64,000 nucleotides of DNA from Perkinsela sp. CCAP 1560/9. Its lineage: Eukaryota; Protista; Euglenozoa: Kinetoplastea. Made by a program: the position numbers and the translations under genes. The stretch is from positions 310,001-374,000 of the forward strand of contig CBFFSA010000008.1 in NCBI GenBank assembly GCA_965644495.1. The letters run 5' to 3'. The notes beneath the pieces were generated by a model, which did not search any database, was not told where the DNA came from, and was given only the letters and a program-made list of their open reading frames with translations. Shown here in pieces: positions 29,883 to 39,476 of this stretch; the stretch's first letter is position 1, and each line of letters opens with the position of its first letter.

Positions 29883-31307
29883 CTAAACAAAGTATACACT
29901 CGAGAGTGCCTCTCCCAGGCCCACAGCCATGATTAAGGGGGGTGGGTTGTCTTCGTCATAAAATTGTTGGTGGATATTCTGCACCACATCTCGAATCTCT
30001 TTTTCCTCAGGTGCTCTCGGTCGGTAAAATAGTGACAAGGTTCTGCGGTTAAGATCAAGTTTATCACCCTTAGCAGGTTTAGCCACTTTAACGTCATCAT
30101 ACCACTGCGTGATGGCTCTCTCCTCCACATCCATAAGCAGCTGCAACTTCACCCCATGCTCCGTAAGCTGGTGCAACAGGTCACTTCCCGTCTCCGGCAC
30201 ATCCCCCACCATTTTAAGATTCCGTCCAAAAGCCTTTCCTTTCGCAAGTTTTAACTTCACCAACTCCGCACACGCCACCGCATCCTCCGCGGCGTCATGT
30301 CCCCTCACCATATCATTCTGAATCGTCCGGTGCAACAACGTCGCCACCAACATTTTCAACGAATGTACCTTTCGTCTCCCCCCCTCTCTCCCCCCCCCCT
30401 CTGGCTCCGCCGGAAACAGCTCCGTGAGCTCCACCACATTCCGATGCACCACCCGCAGCGCCTCCAGGTCGCACCCCACGTTATGCCCCACCACCGTGGT
30501 GTCGCGAAACAGCAGCGTGCGCAGCAGCGCCTCCTGGACCTCCCCCCGGCGCGTGCGCACCCCCGCCAGGGACTCCCGCGTGAGTCCGGTGAATTTGGTC
30601 AGGTAGTTCGTCACGGGGAACGGCGGGAGCACGAGCCTGTCGTAGACGACCTCGTGGGAGAAGACATCCACGAGCGTGACCCGGGCCAGCTCCGGGCCCT
30701 CGGTGGTCTGGACGGTGTCGCAGGTGATCGCGAGTGCGCTGTGGAGCTTGCGCGGGGTCGTGGGGGGGCGACTGCAGGTGGTGCGGTAGGAGGGGTCGGG
30801 GACGGTGAGACGGAGGCCGAGGGGGGAGAGCTGGGAGGGGGGGAGGGCGAGATCGCTGAGGGAACAGGTGAAACGGGTGTCGCGGCGTCGTTTTTTGGTG
30901 GAGTAGATCTCTTCCGGGATGTTGCCTTTGACGCGCTTGACCTCGGTGAAGAATTCCTCGCAGAAGAGGTGGACTTTGGATTCGCGTACGTGGTTGGTGA
31001 GTTTTAGACGGAAGTGATGGGAGGGGCAAATTCTGTCCTCGTAGGACATGCCCTCTTCGAGGAGCATCACGACGACTTGGGTTGGTTTTCCACAGGGAAA
31101 TGTCATCCATGTCGGAGACGTGCGTGGCTCCGAGAGCAGGGACTTAAACGTCACTTGACGTAGCATTTCGGTACTCAATACAACGGTAGGGGACAGCTTT
31201 AAGGCAAAGACATGGGACAACGAGGCGCTGCACTCGCACTTAATCTCCTCTTCGTCAGATTCGTCATTTGTAAGGCCATAGGCCATGTGATGCATATACG
31301 CTGTCAT
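29883..31307 (-). CDS. RNA exonuclease (REX1/REXO DEDDh family)
   Basis: ELARVTLVD, TNYLTKFTGLT, VGHNVGCDLEAL, GHDAAEDA; ExoI motif is atypical (AITCDTV). Confidence 0.9.
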   Translation of the reverse strand: MTAYMHHMAYGLTNDESDEEEIKCECSASLSHVFALKLSPTVVLSTEMLRQVTFKSLLSEPRTSPTWMTFPCGKPTQVVVMLLEEGMSYEDRICPSHHFRLKLTNHVRESKVHLFCEEFFTEVKRVKGNIPEEIYSTKKRRRDTRFTCSLSDLALPPSQLSPLGLRLTVPDPSYRTTCSRPPTTPRKLHSALAITCDTVQTTEGPELARVTLVDVFSHEVVYDRLVLPPFPVTNYLTKFTGLTRESLAGVRTRRGEVQEALLRTLLFRDTTVVGHNVGCDLEALRVVHRNVVELTELFPAEPEGGGREGGRRKVHSLKMLVATLLHRTIQNDMVRGHDAAEDAVACAELVKLKLAKGKAFGRNLKMVGDVPETGSDLLHQLTEHGVKLQLLMDVEERAITQWYDDVKVAKPAKGDKLDLNRRTLSLFYRPRAPEEKEIRDVVQNIHQQFYDEDNPPPLIMAVGLGEALSSVYFV

Positions 31308-31633
31308 GCTGCGTCTGATTCTGAAAAGAAATTTTGTTATATTCAAATTTGTTTCTTTTCGTTAAAATTATCTGAATTAGATGTTAACTTAACATCGTTT
31401 AAATTAAAAGCAATAAGCCTATTTTGAGTGCATATTTTTTCGAAGCATCACGAATCGACATGCAAGGTCTCTTTTCTTTGTACAATGTACGTAAAACTAA
31501 CGGTTGTTCGTAATCTGAAAAGTAATCTCAAACGTGAACTATGGAGAGAGTTTCATGTTTTCGTATGTTTTGTGAGTGACGTTCGCAAGGAAAACTAGCT
31601 TTTTCGCTTCACCAATCCGATGTGCAACTAGCG

Positions 31634-33139
31634 TTAGAGGACATATTGCTCCTCCTCCAACACACCATCCTTAAACATCTTGCGCAACTGGACGGCCAGC
31701 TGACGACTGTGCTCGACTCCGAAGTATTCCAAGAATCCCAGAAGCTGCCGTCCCATGTCCAGCGTCACGCGTTTCGATACACGAGGATCGGACATTATTT
31801 GTCCTGCGGCTGCAAATACTGTCTGAATTACATTCTGAGGAAGGTACAGGCGAAGTACAATAATGCAATCAAGAAGGCTTAAAATCGGACCCAAATGGCG
31901 GAAAATACACTCGTTTAGTCGAGACGCAATTTTCTCAGCAAGCTGCCTCAACTTTTGTTTCTCAAGCTCTGTTTGTGCTGAAGTAATTGAGAGTTTCCGA
32001 TACATGGAACGCGCAGCCTGTAACGACGTAACAACCATGATTACATCCATGCGCTCACTCGTAGCAATTTTTTCGAGCAAACGTTCACACACCTCAGGAG
32101 TCAACACTCGCCATTTACGAAAAATCATACAAAGCGTGGCGCTCTCTTTAGCGTTGTATTCATGGACGTTCATCATAGCCCTGGTCGCTAAGTCAAAGAT
32201 CGGTTTAGGAAAAATATCATGTACCGTGTAACATTGAATGATACGCAATATCTGAGGCAATTCTAACTCATTTACAAGCTCACCGATGCGGCGCGACATG
32301 GCTTTCAAAAGAAGCCTTCGCAAATCAAGCGTTTCTTTCTGTGCATGTTCGAACGAACGAAAGAGCTTCGTTGACATGGAACGTATCATTCCCTTCTCCA
32401 GCTGAGTGTAAATCCCTCGTTCCAGCGCATACTCCAGCGCAGTCCACAGAGGTTTATGGTAATAGTCTGCGACGCAAACAAAAGTGCTAATGTAAATAAC
32501 GTCATCCTGAGCAAGTAGCCCATAGTTCATCCGCCGCACGTATTCGACACATAAAATTTTCATAATTTGTGAGTACAATGTAAGGGCTAACCAGTTATAT
32601 TGCTTGAATTGCACACAATAGTATAACGAGCGACGCAATTCTCCGATTGAAGCTGTCTCAACAAATCCGGGACGCAACATCAGCTGCAACATGCTCTCCA
32701 TGCCTTTGATACTCGACGAACGTAATTCACTCACAAAGCCTTCCATCGCTTCCTTTGAAAGCATTTGTATTTGTCCCATCTCCGGAGAGGCCCCAATAGC
32801 GGCACTCTTTCGTGCCAATTTTTTTTTGGCCTTCTTGTCTCCGTCTAACGCCTCAATTTGCACTCGCAGCTCTTCGTAGCGCATGGCGCTCTCTGAAAGC
32901 GTGTTGCAGAGGCCGGACAGTTCAGTGGTTGTCTCCGGAGTTGCACCCGGAAGTCGGACACCCGGAATGGATGTCACCGCGTCCTCATTCTCGATCACCG
33001 TGCGGCGCTGCATGATATAAGGCGGTGCATTGAACAGTGACGTGACGCGAGACGTTGATCCGAAGGACTGCAGCATACCTGCACAAAGCCGTGTAGGGGT
33101 CCCAATCTTACCATAACACCTCACCAGCAGTCGACACAT
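31634..33139 (-). CDS. Alpha-helical repeat protein, probably mitochondrial RNA-binding
   Basis: ~500 aa, presequence-like start, helical repeats (ELVNELELPQILRIIQCY, VHEYNAKESATL). Confidence 0.5.
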   Translation of the reverse strand: MCRLLVRCYGKIGTPTRLCAGMLQSFGSTSRVTSLFNAPPYIMQRRTVIENEDAVTSIPGVRLPGATPETTTELSGLCNTLSESAMRYEELRVQIEALDGDKKAKKKLARKSAAIGASPEMGQIQMLSKEAMEGFVSELRSSSIKGMESMLQLMLRPGFVETASIGELRRSLYYCVQFKQYNWLALTLYSQIMKILCVEYVRRMNYGLLAQDDVIYISTFVCVADYYHKPLWTALEYALERGIYTQLEKGMIRSMSTKLFRSFEHAQKETLDLRRLLLKAMSRRIGELVNELELPQILRIIQCYTVHDIFPKPIFDLATRAMMNVHEYNAKESATLCMIFRKWRVLTPEVCERLLEKIATSERMDVIMVVTSLQAARSMYRKLSITSAQTELEKQKLRQLAEKIASRLNECIFRHLGPILSLLDCIIVLRLYLPQNVIQTVFAAAGQIMSDPRVSKRVTLDMGRQLLGFLEYFGVEHSRQLAVQLRKMFKDGVLEEEQYVL

Positions 33140-33341
33140 TAAATAAAAGGAATGAGTACAAGTAAAGAAGCAGTTACACAAGTTCGTACAAATAAACCAA
33201 ATCACGAGAAGAAAACGGATTCTATAACTTTAGGGAAACATGTAAAAGAGGTCAAAGACATTATCGCTATAAAGTGCATACTAATCTGGGCAAGAATCTC
33301 CGCTCCAAACTGGATGCATGCACTAAAAAGCCAGTGAAACT

Positions 33342-35027
33342 TTATGAAGGAACGTCGTACAGATGATCAAAATTGAAAGCAAAATCATCATCTGCCATGA
33401 TATCGTCGTTTGCCTCATCGACCGGGCCTTGGAAAGGGTTTCGAAAGGACAGTCCGAATACACCCTTTCTATACTGACTCATAGCTTTTCGGTCGTCCTC
33501 ATTGATTTCGGCGGGCAAATCATTTCCCTGCTCTTGCTCGAGAGATGACACCTGAGGTGATACCTGAGACTTAAAAAGTCCCTCCCCGTGTAAGCTGCCC
33601 ATTGGTAAGAAACCCATCCCGAGTCGCATTGCAGGTAAGGGTGAGTGAGGTGCATTGGGACCGAAACCTTCGGTCTCGATGGGCATTGTCGCGCTCACAT
33701 GCGACGGAGACAATGAGCACATCGACTTCCCTGCGGAATCGCTCAGGTGTTCTGTACAAGGAACCATCGATCCCCTACCGCACAACAAATGACCTTTATC
33801 CGTAAGCGGTGTACTTAGTTTCGCGTGCTTGAGCGGAGGACTCACCTGAGAGACCGCAGGGCTGGGTCGATCATAGACTGGCCCTTCAGGCGATTCCGGT
33901 GGAATATGCTGTGTGGCAGACACGTGACTTCTTCCCGACCTCTCAACCGCCTCCCCCGGCTCCGTTTGACTTCTCCCCACATTTCTTCTCACGCCTACCT
34001 CCTCCGTTGCCACGCCCCCCCTTCCCGCCTTCTCCCCTTGCGCTCCTGCTTGCGACCCCACATACACCGACGGCACCCCACTACCCTGCACCCCCCCCTC
34101 CTCCCCCTCCCGCCTCATCTCCACCTCATCATACGACGCCACAAGACTCGCAATCCGACACACCGGGACCCCCACGGGTCCAATTGCACTCTCCAACGAC
34201 ACCGGACTCGACCCCGGACCACACGCCAGGCTCATACGCCCCCCGAACGCGGTCACCAGGTCACAGAACGGACGCAGCCCGCGGGCCTCAAACACCTTGG
34301 TAAACGGACGACACCCTCTATGGCTCTCACGACTATCCCTACCACTCCTACCGCCCGGGTCCTCTCCCCCCAGACGGTACCCCTCGAGGCAGCGAATATC
34401 CAACGAGACAAAGCTGTTGGCCCCCGCTGCTGCGGGTTGGGCACTCACAGAGCCCCGCCCTACGGCAGCGCTCGCCCTGAAGTGGACCCGGGCGTGCAGC
34501 GGGGTGAAGCTCAGCCGGGTCGCCCCGGGGGGCAACACATGGAGCAGATCGCTGAGCTGCCGGCCCCGGCAGGTGAGCTGGCAGTCCGCGTGCTTGGGGT
34601 CAATGGGGCGCTCCGGGGTACAGCGCTGGGTGGAGAGCGTGTAGGCCCGGGTAAGGGCTTTGGTACAGTGGATGCGGAGCTCAAGGGTACTGTTGGGGGA
34701 GAAACGGAAGGTGGCCTCGGTGAGGGGGGCGACGAGGGTGGGGCGTAGGGCGATGAGGAGAGGACGGGTGGTGGTGCGGAAGGCAAGGGGAGGCCCGGGG
34801 CGGGGAAGGGCACGGTTGTCGTCGGACAGAGATTGATACTGGAGGAAGAGACCGTTGGTGGAGGGGAGGGTGACGGCGAGGTGGACACATTTGGTAGAGG
34901 AGGTAAACAGGAGAGACGCGGCGTGGGCTTCGAACTCGAAAACGGTCTCGTCGGAGATTCGTGAACCGGCGCTAAGGATTTTCCAGAAGACCCGGGCGGA
35001 GGAGGCGTTGAGAATAAAGTCTGCCAT
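33342..35027 (-). CDS. RAD9: 9-1-1 checkpoint clamp subunit Rad9
   Basis: N-terminus ARVFWKILSAGSRISDE..TSSTKC..LFLQY of the Rad9 PCNA-like domain; long disordered S/P-rich tail. Confidence 0.8.
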   Translation of the reverse strand: MADFILNASSARVFWKILSAGSRISDETVFEFEAHAASLLFTSSTKCVHLAVTLPSTNGLFLQYQSLSDDNRALPRPGPPLAFRTTTRPLLIALRPTLVAPLTEATFRFSPNSTLELRIHCTKALTRAYTLSTQRCTPERPIDPKHADCQLTCRGRQLSDLLHVLPPGATRLSFTPLHARVHFRASAAVGRGSVSAQPAAAGANSFVSLDIRCLEGYRLGGEDPGGRSGRDSRESHRGCRPFTKVFEARGLRPFCDLVTAFGGRMSLACGPGSSPVSLESAIGPVGVPVCRIASLVASYDEVEMRREGEEGGVQGSGVPSVYVGSQAGAQGEKAGRGGVATEEVGVRRNVGRSQTEPGEAVERSGRSHVSATQHIPPESPEGPVYDRPSPAVSQVSPPLKHAKLSTPLTDKGHLLCGRGSMVPCTEHLSDSAGKSMCSLSPSHVSATMPIETEGFGPNAPHSPLPAMRLGMGFLPMGSLHGEGLFKSQVSPQVSSLEQEQGNDLPAEINEDDRKAMSQYRKGVFGLSFRNPFQGPVDEANDDIMADDDFAFNFDHLYDVPS

Positions 35028-35225
35028 TTAACAAGCCGTGTGACAATGCGTATTAAAGCCCCATTTGGATGCCTCCACTGGTGTTGGACGATTCCGTAGC
35101 TCGGTGGCTTATAATGTCATTGCGTAAGAACATTTCAAAAAAAAAATCATCGCACGTCAATTTCTAGGATAAGACACTGCATACTACTTCTGTACTTATC
35201 ACATTACAATTACCAAGACATTCTA

Positions 35226-36582
35226 AACCCCTGGCCATTATAACCCCTGGCCACCAATAAGGCACCCCCCCGTATTTTTTGCATGAGGGGGTATGATAGG
35301 GTTATCATACCATGTTTTCGTTCAAAATTTTGAGATCTGTACGTTCCCGCTGTTTTTAGCTCATGAAAAATAAAAAAATATTTTACCACTTTAACATTAG
35401 GGTCGATTTATGAAAAAATCATTCCGCAGGCCTCCGAAAGGTGGCCTCAGCCCCCTGGGGAAGGAACTCATGCTTTTAAGGTTTCAAGATGGCATCCCAA
35501 AGAAACGAATAGCATGTGAATTGAATGTAAGCGTGAAATACATTCGAAAATACCTCCGTGATCACCCCAAAATTGAGACGAAAAAAAGCCTAAAGAAATC
35601 CCCACAGAAAAAAAAAAAATCTCGTAAAAAAAGGATTGAAACCATTATTTCTAAGAAAGATGCGGCAGGGGTGCCAAAGTACAGTTCAAAGCGTATTTCT
35701 GTTGTTTTGTGCAGAAAGGGTGTTACTGCAAGCCCTCGAACTGTTCGTCGAGATTTGAGGCAAGCAGGGCATCAATATAGGCCACGCCCAATTTCACAAG
35801 GGCTCACCGCTGTACAAAAAGAAAAACGCGTACAGTTTTCTTTGAATTACAAAGAGGACATATCGAAATTGATATTCTCAGATGAGAAGGCGTTTGATAC
35901 AAACGATAATCGAATGAAAATGTGGGTAAGAAAAGGAGAGACCCCTGCAAAGAGACTAAAGGTGCGCTGGGCGCCTAAGTGTCAGGTGTGGGGTGCTATA
36001 GGAATTAACTGGAGATGCTTAAAAATTTTATCCAGCAGGACCTCTATTACCCACGAAACATACATAGACACACTAAAACATGTTTATTTCCCCCGCAAAA
36101 GAATATTTCAACAAGATGGTGCCACCGCTCATACGGCCAAGGCCACCATAAATTACTGAACAAACGAAAAATTAATCTACTAAAAAATTGGCCCCCAAAT
36201 TCTCCCGATCTTTCTCCCATTGAAAACATATGGTCAATGGTACAACAAGACGTAAATGAAAAGCTACCATCTACAGTTTCCGAACTGCAAAGGTGTATTC
36301 TAAACACATGGAGTTCTTTACCGACTGAGATGATAAACGATACCATCTTAAGTTTCGATCGTAGACTGAAGGCCTGCGTCGAACTAGGTGGCGAAAAGGT
36401 AAAAACGTGGTAAATAGTTTCCACTTTATAAATAGCTATAGGACTAGTGACCAAGTGTGGGAGGACATAAATCCCGAACTGAGATCTGCAAAATGCCATT
36501 GAAATTAGCTCAAACAAACAAAGCATCAAATTTTTAGAGGGGGGTGCCTTATTTTGGCCAGGGGTTATAATGGCCAGGGGTT
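35226..36582 (+). mobile_element. Tc1/mariner DNA transposon (1357 bp), ~45-bp TIRs, TA TSD
   Basis: TA|AACCCCTGGCCATTATAACCCCTGGCCA..AATAAGGCACCCCCC and its reverse complement ending 36582|TA. Confidence 0.95.
35410..36413 (+). pseudogene. Tc1-like transposase with a single frameshift near 36156
   Basis: HTH, IFSDEKAF, VWGAI and FQQDGATAH in the first frame; WPPNSPDLSPIENIW in the second; AATTACTGAAC lacks one base. Confidence 0.9.
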
Positions 36583-36736
36583 TATAATGCTTCTGTACTT
36601 GTCACAATACAGTATTATGATAAGCACATACAGTAGAAAAAACATGATTCCTTGTGCCAGTGTTGCCTATTAGCTGGATCACACAACTTGGCGAAAATCA
36701 GTGCGGTCGCCGGTATTTACGTGCTTAGCTACGTAG

Positions 36737-37345
36737 TTACCTATCGGGATTCTCTATCTCTATTAAGGATGGTTCTGTTTGCATTGTTAAACCTTCGGAA
36801 TCGGCACAAAGTCCGCGCACGATACGATCGAGTCGTCTTTCTTGAGTATGTTTTTCAAAATCGACGTTTTCTATCTCGAAAGCTTTGTTGGGTATTTCTA
36901 TTTGTTTTTTCGATACACCGTTATCGAGATTTTGTTCCAATGCATATGCGAATTCGTATTCATTGTCGGAAGATGAACTGTTTTGAGACCCGCCATTTGA
37001 TGAACTATCTGACACATTGTCGTCGATTTCCAGAATGCCTAATATTAGATTCATTTCTACTGTAGCAGAGGATATCTCTTCCGGTATTTCTGTTTCAGTG
37101 TTTCTACGTTTTTCATGTGAATTCTTAACCTGCGGACTAAAACGAGAAAAAGTCTTCTCCCCGTCTTCCGAACGAGTTCGTTTATTGCACTGGATGATGT
37201 CCGGATCTATGCAGGAACTTGTTTCGAATGACTTAGTTTCATCAAGCAGGACTTGAGCCTTTTCACGAAGAGATCGTAACCCCAACGCCCCGTCTGAGTA
37301 GTTTGAACTGCTAGAGGCGCGTGCGTCCCATTCCTTTGTTGACAT
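36737..37345 (-). CDS. Hypothetical acidic/low-complexity protein
   Basis: 202-aa ORF with an AG just upstream of the ATG. Confidence 0.6.
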   Translation of the reverse strand: MSTKEWDARASSSSNYSDGALGLRSLREKAQVLLDETKSFETSSCIDPDIIQCNKRTRSEDGEKTFSRFSPQVKNSHEKRRNTETEIPEEISSATVEMNLILGILEIDDNVSDSSSNGGSQNSSSSDNEYEFAYALEQNLDNGVSKKQIEIPNKAFEIENVDFEKHTQERRLDRIVRGLCADSEGLTMQTEPSLIEIENPDR

Positions 37346-37595
37346 GCTAAGGATAAAACAGTGATTGTATCTGAAATATGGTATGTTAATAGAGAGCGCA
37401 TCTATCTAAAATATAGTCTACAAGTATTTTCAACGCACCGTTTATCCAAGTACAGTTACTTTCCAAGTAAACCTTCTTTCAAGTACAGTTATTAAAACAT
37501 TCCCCCTTCTGAGGATTTCACCCTACCAATCATGAATATCACGATATCAGTGAGTAGGAAAAAAGCGAAACGAAGCACACTCATGTTTTTGACTG

Positions 37596-38141
37596 TCAAG
37601 AGTGCTCTCTACGCTTTTTCACGTAATCAAGTACAAGAGAAATATCCCGCAATCCGAACAATCCACCAATTATAGTGTTTTCGAACACGTACTGATTGTT
37701 GATCAATTCACCTTCTTTTTCATGTTCTGCAACACTCAGTTCTTCCTTCGTGACTCGAATGGCGTTAGCTATGGCTTTAGGCCCCACGAGAAGATTAAGG
37801 TGCCTAGAGATTTGAGAAAATTCAGTAGGAGATTCCAACTTTAGTGCCGTTCGATCGCAATGTCGAAACATGCTACGAAGGACCTCACCCAAAAAAGCGA
37901 AACGTTCAAAACTGGGTTCAGAATAACATTGGTTCCAAAAGGGTAGAGCTTCATGCATTTCAACATCAGTTAAAACATTTCTGAGATATGGATGCAACAT
38001 CTGGACTATATACTGTGCACGTCGATCAAGACCCACTTTAGAATTTGGTGTGGTTCTTAAAGTAGAACTAGGATGCAACAAGTCTTGTATGGACCCCAAA
38101 TTATCAAGCAATTGCAAGAAGGTTCTCCTACGGTAGCTCAT
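37596..38141 (-). CDS. Hypothetical protein
   Basis: ORF on the cluster strand; likely start MSYRRR. Confidence 0.65.
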   Translation of the reverse strand: MSYRRRTFLQLLDNLGSIQDLLHPSSTLRTTPNSKVGLDRRAQYIVQMLHPYLRNVLTDVEMHEALPFWNQCYSEPSFERFAFLGEVLRSMFRHCDRTALKLESPTEFSQISRHLNLLVGPKAIANAIRVTKEELSVAEHEKEGELINNQYVFENTIIGGLFGLRDISLVLDYVKKRREHS

Positions 38142-38313
38142 CGCGAAGCTGTTGGTAATATGAAAAAGAGCATTGAGATCAGAAGTCTTCCATTTCAAAT
38201 AAAATTACAACAAAAAAAATATATAATTTGAATGAGGAGGGTCATACTGATGAGATACATCGTAGGAGCATCGCATAAATACTACACTATTAAAAGATAA
38301 CTCATCATTTCAA

Positions 38314-38889
38314 TTAGATTTTCCTACTCGAAATGCCAATTTTCCATGAATGAGGAGTCAGTGGAAAAATGCCTCTCTGAATCCCTCTAGACTTAAGTTT
38401 GCGATCCGCAGTAACAATAAATAAAGGGTGCCTGTTCTCTTTTTTTAAATGCAGAGCACAAGAAAGTATCCTATCATCTCCTTCTTCTTTGCTCATACCA
38501 GTTGATGCAATAGCTCGTGATTCAAAACTAAAATCCAATAAAAACCAATCGAGCTCCGAGAGATTTTGCATTGCACTTTTCCATAATATTGGCTCGGGGC
38601 GTAATGAAGCATAAGCCTCTATTAGAGTGGTAGTAGGGAAAAATAGCTTTGTTGTTCTATTACTGGATGAAATAAAGCAACTCTTGATGTCGTAGCTAAG
38701 AGAGGAAGTATCTGCAACATAAATAGACCCGCTTGACAGAAACCCCGGTTCGTCAACGCGGCTAATACAGCTTTCCGGCATATTAAGCTCTAATTTTTCG
38801 AGCAGCTGTGCCCGACGAGTAAGTACAGATAGCTTCATGGAGCGGTTCCAGAATATTTGTAGTTCCGAAAGCAGCTTTTTCGAAAGCAT
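38314..38889 (-). CDS. PIN-domain protein (SWT1/PIN_4-like)
   Basis: YVADTSS, GDDRILSCAL, IVTADRKL. Confidence 0.8.
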   Translation of the reverse strand: MLSKKLLSELQIFWNRSMKLSVLTRRAQLLEKLELNMPESCISRVDEPGFLSSGSIYVADTSSLSYDIKSCFISSSNRTTKLFFPTTTLIEAYASLRPEPILWKSAMQNLSELDWFLLDFSFESRAIASTGMSKEEGDDRILSCALHLKKENRHPLFIVTADRKLKSRGIQRGIFPLTPHSWKIGISSRKI

Positions 38890-39476
38890 GTACTAAAGCA
38901 GATGTAGTAAACCTTTAGAAAGAAAGGTCAACAAGTTGTTTCTAATAATCCGCTTCAAAGTTTTGTAAAGAATTATTGAACAAAGAGTTCTCCTACTAAA
39001 AGACATGTAAAACTGCAAAAGACATGTAAAGTTAAGGTAGAAAGCGTTGTTTGTAGAAGCGTTGATTCTTTAGTGGCAACAATACATGCATGGATAATTA
39101 AATAGTTATAGAATAACTCCACTATTTACCGCAATGCTAAAATATTAAAGCACATTACATAATGTGTATACTGCGCTCAGAAAATATAAAAAAACATTCA
39201 ATCTAACGACAATCATATCTTCGAAAAATAAGAATAGCGCTCTTCGCGAAATAGACACCTGTAGTTGTGGAAGAAAACATCAATTACAACAATAATATCT
39301 AAAGGAATAAATGTATACTTAATTTATCTTTTGGAAGTACGAAAAAACATTCTTCACAATTGCATATTGAAGAATCACACAAGCATTTGCTTCAATAGCT
39401 TGTGCGATGACCGGTTGTTCAAAGCGCCTCGCTATTCTTACAAAAGAATTGTTCTTATTATTCTTACAAAAACATG

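Noticed and set aside
30297-31110. Long overlapping ORFs in GC islands (also 33825-34748, 43780-44674, 10409-11071)
   Set aside because: Shadow frames caused by stop-codon depletion in GC-rich coding DNA; no motifs
35187-36620. CTTCTGTACTT(A/G)TCACA on both sides of Tc1 as an SL target or long TSD
   Set aside because: Only ~10 nt match SL; the TA TSD is canonical, and the flanks reconstruct a degenerate pre-existing tandem duplication
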